Shown: positions 53,991 through 64,000 of the stretch, piece by piece
Numbering within the stretch: the first letter of the stretch is position 1
How the letters are laid out: the number at the start of each line of letters is the position of its first letter
Origin: Eledone cirrhosa
Lineage: Eukaryota
DNA: 64,000 nt
Direction of reading: 5' to 3'
Assembly: GCA_964016885.1 (NCBI GenBank)
Contig: OZ024742.1
Location: 280,922,001-280,986,000 of the forward strand
Made by a program: the position numbers and the translations under genes
Notes under the pieces: generated by a model
Databases searched by the model: none
The model's input: only the letters and a program-made list of their open reading frames with translations
What the model was told of the DNA's origin: nothing

Positions 53991-54232
53991 ATTAAAGGTG
54001 GAAAACTGGGAGAGGGCACTTGCCCTGGTGGTCAGGGCCACTGTGGTCTTTTAATGGGCTTTCTCCACAAATGTCCCTTGGAAGTCTCCCCCCTATTGGG
54101 GAATTTTTCTTTGTTATTTTATTTCAACCTCTGTTTTTTTACACGCAGAAATGCCCATTTGTACCGTCCTATATTGTCCTGTACTGTCCTTAATGTCTAC
54201 TTTATGTGAACCCTTGTGGTTAATAAAGAAAA

Positions 54233-54291
<59 letters not shown>

Positions 54292-56522
54292 GAGTTGCAT
54301 TTATCTTGCCTTATGTTTATGCGAGTTATCACCAAGACACAACCAGTGACCTCAAGAGACAACAAGGTCCGCCATGTTCAAAAAAGAACATACATACACA
54401 CACATTCATCTTTCGGTGTTTAGACTTGTGATGTACTTATATTGACATAATGTTCCTTAGTATATGGGTAGTTCCCATTAGCACTATCTTTTGTATTTCT
54501 CCTATACGCTGGTTTCCGGGGATTTGCGATAAGTAATCATTCGCCCCCTTACGTATCATTCCTAGAGCGCCTACAACCACTGGTATTGTTTTAGTTCTCA
54601 ATTTCCACATTTTTTCCAATTTCTATCTCCAAATCCTTATACTTGCTCAATTTTACAAATGTTTTTATAGATACATTCTTGTCTATTAGAACGCATATAT
54701 CAATTAGCAGGCATACCCTCTTTTTAAAGTCCTTCAGTATTATATCAGGTCTATTTGCATCTATTTTTCGGTCTGTTTGGATGCTAAAGTTCCACAAGAT
54801 TGAGATGTGATCTTTTTCAAGTATGGGAGGTGGCTGATGCTCCCACCAATTCTTTTGATGGGGCAGGTCAAAATACTTACACATTATCCAATGTATGTAT
54901 TGTGCAGCTCTGTCATGCCTGTTTAGGTATTCGGTTGGAGCTATAGGACTGCACATTGAAATTATATGATCAATGGTCTCTGGTTGTTTTTTACATACAC
55001 GGCATAAAGGTTTGCATCCATTTTTTATCATGTTGGCTTGGTATTTTTTGGTTAGCAGACACTGATCTTGTGCTGATATAATCAGTCCTTCAGTCTCCGA
55101 TTTCAGTCCAGAGGATGCAAACCACTGATGGGTTAAAGTTTTGTCAACATCAGGATTGTTAGCTCTTTCTGGGTATTTTCCATACAGAGGCTTTTCTTGC
55201 CATTTCTTAACCAGTTTCTATAGCAGTTCTTTCTTTGCAGTTACTTTTACCTGCTTTGCTTTTTCTGTGTTTTCCATTTCAGCAGTAAATGGGACTTCTG
55301 AAATGTGTAATCCATTACTGTATCTATGTGCATCTTTTGTAATGGAGTATGATGGTTGATGCATTCGTGTTTCAAAACGAGTTTGATCATCCAATCATGT
55401 GATTCCCTTAGATATGTAGAGGATCCAATTGTTGCAGTTTTCAACGCAATATCTAACTGGAATAACCCACGTCCTCCTTCTTTCCCGGGGAGATATATTC
55501 TATCTGTATCTGCCTTAGGGTGATGCCTTCTGCGCATGGTTAAGGATTTTTTAATTTTTGTATCTAGCCTACGGATCTCTGTGCTTGACCAGTTGATGAC
55601 ATTGTAGCTGTAGGTTACTACTGGTATGGCAAGCGTGTTTACGGCATCGATCCTATTCCTTGCATTCAATTCCGTTCATAAGATTGCTCTTACTCTGCGG
55701 TAATATTCCTTCCTTATCCTTTCCCTCATTGTCGAGTGCTTGATTCCGTCTCCTTCACAAACACCTAGATATTTGTAAGTTTCCTCTGGATCAAGTTCTC
55801 TTATCACGTTCCCCCGATCAAGATTAATGTCTGAACTTTTCAGCAGCTTTCCTCTGGTGAACGTTGCTTTGGCGCATTTATCTAGTCCAAACTCCATTTT
55901 AATGTCATCACTGAATTGCTCCACAGTGCATAATAGCCCTTGCAATTGTTCATCATTTTTTGCAAATAGTTTCAGGTCATCTATGTAGAACAAGTGATTA
56001 ATGGTTTTTTCATAGACTTTATATCCGTGTTTTGTTTCATTGAGCATTTTACTTAATTGCATAAGTGCGATGCAGAATAAAAGCGGTGATAAAGAGCCAC
56101 CCTGAAAAATTCCACAATTAATATTAACTTCTCCAGGTTCCAGTGATTTTTTTTCACTATTTAAAAGGAGTGTCGTTTTCCATGTCTTCATACTGAATGA
56201 CAGTAACCTGTTGACAACGGGGGATATTTTGAAAATCTCTAAAAAAATTTCAATCCAACTGTGTAGCAAACTATCGAATGCTTTTTTATAATCTAACCAA
56301 TCAATCGATAGATTTTTGTGTCTATTATGACAATCTTCCAGTATCATTTTGTTAACTAAAAGCTGATCCTTACAGCCATATGAGCCTCGTTTACACCCTT
56401 TCTGCTCATTGGGAAATGATCAGGTGGTCATATGTATATTCAGTTACGAGTGATGTTAAAATTTTATTCATTGTGGTCAAGCAAGTCATCGGTCTGTAAT
56501 TTTGGGGATTGTTTGTCTCATC
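54292..56522 (-). mobile_element. R4/Dong-like family B copy 2, 5'-truncated, decayed
   Basis: Homologous to B1 and retains CRVCKKQPETIDHIISMC, RHD, NRPDII; bounded by (ATT)n at both ends. Confidence 0.92.
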
Positions 56523-56534
56523 ATTATTATTATT

Positions 56535-59500
56535 CTTTGAGTCTCAGTGATTGATGCTAGTTAACTGGAAAGTTTGTTGAAACGAATATCAAGCCACTAC
56601 CTGCAGCCTCAGATATTCAGGAAGTATCGGAGATTTCTTGCTGTTCCCAGCAAGCATGCCTTTTGAAGTGTTCCAAAAAGCGGGACGGGGCCAATTTTAT
56701 TTAACCATCCCTGGAAACTTTTTGAGATAGTAGCTAGTGCGCCTATGACAATCGGGACCACTTTGACTTCATCGCAGTTCCAAATCCTTTTTACCTCCCA
56801 CTTTAAGTCCTGGTAACGGTTAATTTTCTCCCTCTCCTTCTCTTGCACACTTCTCGTGTCGAATGAGCAGGCCACATCCACAATCAGGCACGATCATTTT
56901 TCCTTGTCCCACACTACCAGGTCAGATCTATTGTGTTCCAGTTTGGTGTCCGTCTGTATCCTAAAATCCCATAGCACCTTCACCTGATCGTTTTCTATCA
57001 CCGACTCTGGCTTATGCTCATACCACTTCTCAGAATGTGGTAAATTGTTTACTTTGCATAGGTGCCAGTGGATCACCCTGCCCATCACATCATGACTCCA
57101 GCCTTTATAGTGAGTCTGGGCTAGGTGTTTATACTCGGATACAATGTGAGCCACAGTCTCCTCTCTCTCTCGCCACAGATCCTGCACAGTGGGCTAGCCT
57201 CCTCCTTGTAAATATGGTGTTTCAGCCACTTCGTTTTGAGGGCCTGCTCTTACGCAACCATTAGCATTCCTTACGTAACCTTTTGAAGGTCTCTTCTTCT
57301 CAACCAGTTCCATGTCTGTGGATCCCTGAATTCCGTTTTCTCAAAGAAGGTTTTATGAAGGGATTTTTCTTGAAGATTGCACTTTTTCCTCGTTGTTATT
57401 TCTCCTTGGACATCCCCTGGTCTATTGTCCTCTCCTTCAGTACACGTATTTGTGTAGGTTGTTTTTCTCCATCTGAACGCAGTCCTCTGTGCTGATAAGA
57501 CCTCTTCCACCTTCAGATCTCCTTAAGTAGAGTCTATCGACATCACTCTTCTTGTGGAACATGTTGTAGATAGTCAATAGCTTCCTAGTCTTCCTATCCA
57601 TTTCTTTTTGTTCAGAAACATTCCATCTCAGAATTCCCACACTGTACCTAATAATAGACACAGCTCGGGAATGTACTGCACTTATGGGATTCCTACTGTT
57701 CAGATGTGACTTTAAAACGCTCCTTTCTCTCCGAATGTATTCAGATCTTAATAATTCCTTCATTTTTTTATTCTTGATGTCATCAGCCTCCAGAATACCC
57801 AAATACTTGTATTCTTCTTCAGTGTCAATTTCCTTTATCATCTCACCTGTTGGTACCTGGATTCCGTTGTTTCTGCTCAATTTACCCCTCTTCATCACAA
57901 GGACTGCACACTTACTAATACCAAATTGCATACATATATCATTGCTGAAAATACGGACATTGTCAACAAGCACATCCAACTCCTTCTCACTCTTCCCGAA
58001 GCGCTTAAGATCGTCCATGAAGAGGAGGTGATTGATGGTAAGCTCTCCCTTTCCCAAATTGTATCCTGCTATCACTTTTCGCAGTATGGGGCAAGGACAA
58101 ACAATAGAGGGGACAGACTATCTCCCTGGAAGATACCTCACTGGAGCTTCACGCCTCCCAAGGATTCTCCAGCTGATGTTAACTCTGTTTTCCAGGACTC
58201 AACAACTGTCTGGTGTTATCTGCCACCTTGAAGATCTCTAGGCTTTTGGTGATCCAAGAATGAGGCACCATGTCAAATGCCTTATGTGGTTTATCCATCC
58301 CATGGCAAGAGCAGTGTGTCTCCTCTTGCAATTCCTCATTACCATCTTATCAATAAGTTACTGGTCATTTGTACCACGGGACTTCTTTTCGCATCCTTTC
58401 TGTTCGCCCGGTAACAAGTTGTTTGTGTGGAGGTGATGGTAGATTTCCTCAGACACAATCCTTGTCAACAGTTTCCACATTACGGACAGACATGTGATAG
58501 GTCTATAGTTGATAACATCATTACCATTGATTCGGTCTTTCATTACCAGAACTGTGGTAACTTTTATCAACCACTCTGGTACCTCACCTGACATCAAGCA
58601 GTCATTGAACATTGTTGTCAGTTTCGGGTGGAGGGATGTTACATTTTTAATCCAATACCCCTGCACACCATCTGGGTCTGGTGATTTCCAGTTGGTTAGT
58701 TTTTTGGCCTGCCCCTTGAGAGTTTCAACTATGATACTCAAATCAGTTTGTTGGTGTGCCTGTTCACTAATCTCCTTTTGTACTGTCTCAATCCACACTG
58801 CCTGGTCATTATGTTTAATATCCTGCTCTCATATTCCTCTCCAGAATGTTTTAGTTTGTTCCGCCTCAGGGATCAAGTCGTTGCCTCTTTCTTTCCCTTC
58901 AAGCTGTCCAAACAGCATCTTGTGGTTGTCAAATATTCGGTTCTGTCTATACCAGCTCACTCTGCTCTCGTATCGCCTAATTTTTGCACTATTTGCTACA
59001 ATGCGTTGCTTCAGTTCCTCTATGATAATATTCAGCCTTTTCCTCCTAGTTTTGTACTTTATTTCTAGTCTATTTTTAGTGTATATCTTTTTTAGTGTCC
59101 CATGTCATTTCTCATTTCCCTGATTTGACCATTCAGTCGTTTCTTCCACCAAGGTTCTGATTTTTCTTGTCTGTTGTTTCCTCTCGCTTTTATATCAAGT
59201 AATTTCCTCACCGCATTTGCTGTTGCTTTGAGGATATTGTTGTGCTGGTGAAGGCTCCTCGCCTCAGGGTATGTGATGACTTTGTTTACCTTAGCTGTTG
59301 TTTCTTTTAACTTTTTCCTGTCTACAAATCTTAGGTTCATAGGTTTCCCACTATCATTGTTCATTTCATCTACCACTAAGTTTAGGATATCAACCAAATA
59401 TTGTCCTAGCCCGCCAGCATTCATCTCCTCAATGGCGGTATCTTTGTTCCAGGTATTATTTATTTCAGCATTGACGCATAGAGTTACGGCCCTTGCCATT

Positions 59501-60289
59501 CTGAGTTCAAATCCCGCCGAGGTTAACTTTGCCTTTCATCCTTACGGGGTCGATAAAATAAAGTACCAGTAATACACTGAGAAATTGCTGGCCTTGTGCC
59601 AAAAGTAGAAACAATTATTTATTTCAGCATTCAGTTCATTGTCTGCTTCGCATGGTTCTTCCGTTCTCTCAACTTCTTCACCTTCATTTCCAACTGGCTC
59701 ATTTGCCTGGCATACTCCACTCTCCATTTCCAACCTAATCTCTCTGCTCAGTTCCTCCAGTTCCAGCTCGCTTATCCACCCATTAGTTCTTATTACCCGA
59801 GCCTGCCCGGCCAATTTTTTTTCATCTAATTTAAATAAACCAATCTCGTTCCAGATGTTATGCATCCGTTTCCTACAGCCATTTTCCTTGGGGTTACTCT
59901 TCAGGTAACATTGCATAACAGTTCTATTCAATTGTTTTCGTCCAGTTGGTTCTGGTCCCTTTCCTTCTTCTTCCTCCGACACCAGCAGTATTTGGTTGAC
60001 AGCCAGGTCTCTGCTGCTGAGCCAGGGAACACCTGCTGGGTGAGAGTCTGTCACATGACATTCCAGTCTCCACTTCACCGTTATTCGAACTGTTTAGGTT
60101 CGACATTGAAACACTCTTATCGAGGATTGGTGAATGCATGGTTACATAACCACCGGTGATTTGATCACCCTCGGTGATTTTAGCGTGGCACTATCACGCT
60201 GTAGACGAACATAAATAAACAAACAAACAAATAGGTAAAAACCCCCAAAAATAATAAGCATAAGTTTCATTGTAATGTAATGTTTGAAT
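56535..60289 (-). mobile_element. R4/Dong-like family A copy 3, full length but decayed, interrupted by a SINE
   Basis: Collinear with A1 from 3' UTR to 5' UTR (AAGCATAAGTTTCATTGTAATGT); multiple frameshifts. Confidence 0.92.
59473..59613 (+). mobile_element. SINE 3' portion inserted in A3 with an 18-bp TSD
   Basis: ATTATTTATTTCAGCATT at 59455-59472 and 59614-59631; a single homologous site in A1 (~44637). Confidence 0.92.
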
Positions 60290-60925
60290 GTCTGACTTAG
60301 TTTTTTTTTTTGCTTGTCTGTTTGTTTTTCTTTTTTTTTCTTTTCTTTACGTTTTTCCTTGCTGCTGTGCTGTTTTGATTTTGATTTTTGATTTTTGATT
60401 TTTTTGATTTTTTGACCGGGTCATCAAATCACTCTATTTATATCTGTTGATGCCTTTCTCATTTAGTGGGAGTACTATGATGCCTGTCTTAGCAGAAGGT
60501 AGTGGGAGATAATAGCGGCGGTAGCGATAATGAGGCAGTGGTGGTGGTGATGTGATAGTAGTACTGTAGTGATGGTGTTGAAGTTGAAGTAGAAATAGAA
60601 GTTTAGATAACTTGACTAGAGTTTTTGGCGTGGTAGTGGTGATGGTGGCGGTGGTGGTGTTGGTGGTGAAATTATTTGCCTGTCTGTCCACTTAACCATT
60701 TTCTCTTTTTCGACTATAACATTTCTGATCCAAAATTAAATATTAAATTGTGAGGCTCTATGCCGTAATGTGATGCGTGGTTGCCTGCTGAGGGTAAAAA
60801 ACTGTAATCTCATATTTCATTTATAATAAGAATTATTCTATCACAGTTGTTTTAAATAAGTAAAAATCAAAATTTACGGGAGCGATTCCATAACAATATA
60901 TATCCACCATGTGCGTTTTCTTCCC

Positions 60926-60971
<46 letters not shown>
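60926..60971. repeat. (ATT)n microsatellite at the 5' end of Tx1-like family 2
   Basis: Directly visible. Confidence 0.95.
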
Positions 60972-61182
60972 GACGAAAGTGGATGTACGTTTTTTGAAGC
61001 TCCGTGAGTAAGCAATTTTTTGAGGATTAATTGTGGAGAATTGTTTATTTTTTTGTACCGCTGAAGCATTATAAGACATTTATTTGTATCCTGTGAAGGA
61101 ATAACTCATAATATTTGGGCCTTTTGGCCCAAATATTTGAACTTTATTTTGGAAAAATAATAATTTTTTTTCTCAAAAAAAC

Positions 61183-63089
61183 ATGGCGGAGCCACGCCCC
61201 CTAGAGGCGGGTCTGCTGTCGTGCAACGGCGACTTGAGCGTTGAGAGGAGAGGTGGGGCGAGGAGCGCCACCAGCACGAGTGTGAGCAGCGACAGTGCCA
61301 GCACCAACGGGCCGAGCGGCGCGGAAGGTGGTAACAGCGACAACACCAACACCAACAAGCCGAACAGCGCAGAAGCTGGTAATAGCGAGAGCACCAACAA
61401 AACGAACAGCACAGAGAGTAATAGTAGCGACAGCAGCAGCACCAACAAGGCCAACAGCACAGAGGGTAACCACGACACAGGGGAGAACAACAACAGCAAT
61501 AGCAGCAGCAACACCAACAAGAACAACAACAGTGACAACACCAACAAGAACACCTTCGCTGCTGTGGCAGCGGCTAAAAGGAGACCATGCTACAGCATCG
61601 ACTTAACCAACAGAGAGGAAAAGTTGGCCCAGGCCTGGAAAATCATAAATCAAGAGCAGACCTGGGCAAACTTAACTGTCCCGGCAGAAGCCATTGAGGC
61701 AGTGGAAAAAAGAACGGTGCATTTCAGATGCATCTCAGTAGAGACAAAGAGGGCAGCGATAATCGCCCAAGCTGATATAGAAGCCGCACTGAAATACATC
61801 AGAGAGGACACAGACTTAATAGAGAGGGGCAGGCAATACGGCACCGTTTCGGTGCTGTTCAAGTCTGAAGCCCTCGCTGTGAAGCATTCAATGACCCCTT
61901 GCAAAACCAGCAAGGTCATAATGTACCCCTCCCACATGGGAAAACGAATAGCACGTGTGCGCATTCCCAGGATTCCACCAGGACTTGATATGTGGTGGCT
62001 CCTGGGTTGCGTAATCGTGGAAGGAACGGATACAGTCCCGGTAGAGGCAACGAGAACTGCCAGGGACGACTGGTCCGGGGTTGATCTGGAGATACTGCTC
62101 CAAATCAGACCCGAAAACGTAAAAGCCATCCCGGACCACATCCGCCTCCAAAACGGGAGGGTGTTGCATATAATGACTGAGGGCAAAAGGCCGCATTGTT
62201 TATTTGTGGGGAAACGACACACTTGCGAGCCTTCTGCCCTCAACTGCCGAAAAGCGCAAGGGGTCGAAAGATTCCACTGCTGGCGACGCCGGGACAAGGA
62301 CCACCAGCAACACCGTCAACAATGGAACCACCAAAATTGCACACCCAGGGGGGAAACGAGGAAAGCTCTCCCATTCCCCCTCCCCCCCAAAATACACACA
62401 CGAACAAGAACATAAACACTCACTCAGACACAAACACGCTCACAGCCACAGACCCCTCATCCTCCAGCAGAGAAGATGAGGGAAAACCAAAGTCCCCCAA
62501 AATACAAAAAACAAAACACAAAAAAAAAAGAAATCCACAAAGCACAAACACCCCCACAAAAAAAAATACACACACCACCCACACAAACATTTTCCCCACA
62601 GCATCACCAGCACAGCCACCAAAATCCCCCAAACGCAAACAAGCTAAACAGACACAAGAACAAATAGACACACAAACATCAGAAACTACAGACACCCCAC
62701 CCACAACAAACGCAGACACAATAGAAACAACACTAACAAAGCTATCACCACCACAATCACACGAACAAATAAAACCCGAGCAACAAAACATTAAAAACTT
62801 CGTGCTTGCCAGAAGGGCCAACAAGGAATTGATGGGCCATGTAGCACGAAGCACAAACATCGAAAAAGACGGGGAAACATTTGAAGCGAGCACATTTCGC
62901 GTACCAGATAATTTTGCTTCTGATGCGAATGTCGCTCGCTTCATACAAAGAAATTCGAAAGAGCTTTCCTCGGGATGTGGGAACCCCGAACGTAAAACCC
63001 ACTTCAAGACTATTAAAGGGGTTCCCAAAAGAAACCCCACAAACCATGGAGGTCGAACCACCCGACCTTCACAAGACCCCGGAAGGTAA
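61183..63089 (+). pseudogene. Tx1-like ORF1, frameshift near 62200
   Basis: Ser/Asn/Thr repeats, GRQYGTVSVLF, EGKRPHC(fs)FICGETTHLRAFCP knuckle. Confidence 0.82.
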
Positions 63090-63122
63090 GTAAACCTTTC
63101 CTCTCCCATTCATCCTGCCAGC

Positions 63123-64000
63123 ATGGCCATAAGAGTAGGAAGTTTAAATGTTCGTGGCCTGGGGTCGCCCTGGAAGCAAGGTCACTTGCTCAACGACCTC
63201 AGGTCACTAGGAATGGATGTAATTGCCATCAGCGAGACCAGAATTTCCGACACACGCGCACTGGCGCCGATTTTCGACGATTATCAGATCTTTGCATCTG
63301 TTAGTCGGCCGGGAATGGGAGGTGGAGTGGCTGTGCTGTTTAGGAAATGTCTGGATCTCGAGGTAAGGTCAATCTTCCGGGATCCTGACGGAAAGTTGGT
63401 GGTCCTGGACGTGAGCAATAGCGAAGGTGGTGCCTTTAGACTGGTGGCCGTCTACGCCCCTACTGGGGCCGGTCGGCCGGACTTCTGTAGGCGCCTGGAA
63501 AACTTTCTGCTTACGTCTCGCCCTTTACTGTTAATAGGGGATTGGAATGGCATCTTAGAAGCACGCTGGGATTGTGTGGGAGTATCTGATAGGAGCGGGG
63601 GTGCAAAAGCCTCAAGTACCTGATCAGCCAGTTTCAACTGTCTGACAGGTACCGACTAGATTTCCCTAATGCGCCAGTATGGACCTGGACCAATCGCATA
63701 GGGTCATCTAGATCGTACATAGATAGGATTTTCATTAGGAAAAGAGATAGAAATAGTGTAGGATGTCCACATTTTAAAACGGTTGCCTATTCAGATCACA
63801 AGCTTGTGATCTGTATGGTCGACCTAGATAAGACACGTAGGTTAGGACCTAGCTACTGGAAGCTAAACATGTCGTTTCCGGCACGTAAAGCTTACAGGGA
63901 GCGGGTCAACAACATAGTTAAGCAAAAGTTGACAGGGCGGGTTGTCAACAACAGGTGGTGGGGGGCTCTCAAAAGAGAGATTAGAGCAACCTCGATAGGA
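63123..64000 (+). pseudogene. Tx1-like ORF2 APE endonuclease domain, frameshift near 63600, partial
   Basis: GSLNVRGLGSPWKQGHLLNDL, ISETR, VYAPTG, GDWN, later SYIDRI, YSDHK, YWKLN. Confidence 0.9.

Larger units (their letters stand above)
48344..54233 (+). mobile_element. Tx1-like (L1 group) non-LTR retrotransposon, family 1, full length, flanked by (ATT)n
   Basis: ORF1 + ORF2 (APE-RT-zinc finger); 3' end AATAAAGAAAAC followed by (ATT)n 54234-54291. Confidence 0.92.
60972..64000 (+). mobile_element. Tx1-like non-LTR retrotransposon, family 2 (continues beyond the window)
   Basis: ORF1 and ORF2 endonuclease clearly homologous to, but diverged from, family 1. Confidence 0.9.

Overview
AT-rich, microsatellite-dense eukaryotic DNA made almost entirely of retroelements. 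The SINEs resemble, from memory, those of octopod cephalopods; this host assignment is an inference. No host protein-coding gene can be supported, and most short ORFs in the track are translations of (TA)n/(TG)n/(ATT)n repeats or antisense frames. The window has two zones. (1) 1-37.2 kb: Penelope-like elements (RT + GIY-YIG) with long inverted terminal arms that abut (TA)n, several hammerhead-ribozyme motifs (two with a complete canonical core), SINEs, foldback repeats and two tRNA-His pseudogenes. (2) 37.3-64 kb: a ~27 kb pile-up of non-LTR retrotransposons, mostly joined by (ATT)n/(AAT)n tracts. It holds two R4/Dong-like RLE families on the minus strand (one copy has an intact 1130-aa ORF) and two Tx1-like APE families on the plus strand. 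Best leads: (a) the shared (ATT)n target used in opposite orientations by unrelated clades; (b) in both Tx1-like families the ORF1 stop lies inside an AG/GTAAGT splice-donor consensus whose use would fuse ORF1 to ORF2 in frame; (c) a 3' stem-loop with a CTTGT loop shared by the Tx1-like LINE and the local SINE; (d) a covarying 3' stem-loop shared by both Dong-like families; (e) hammerhead cores with a U3-A8 variant.
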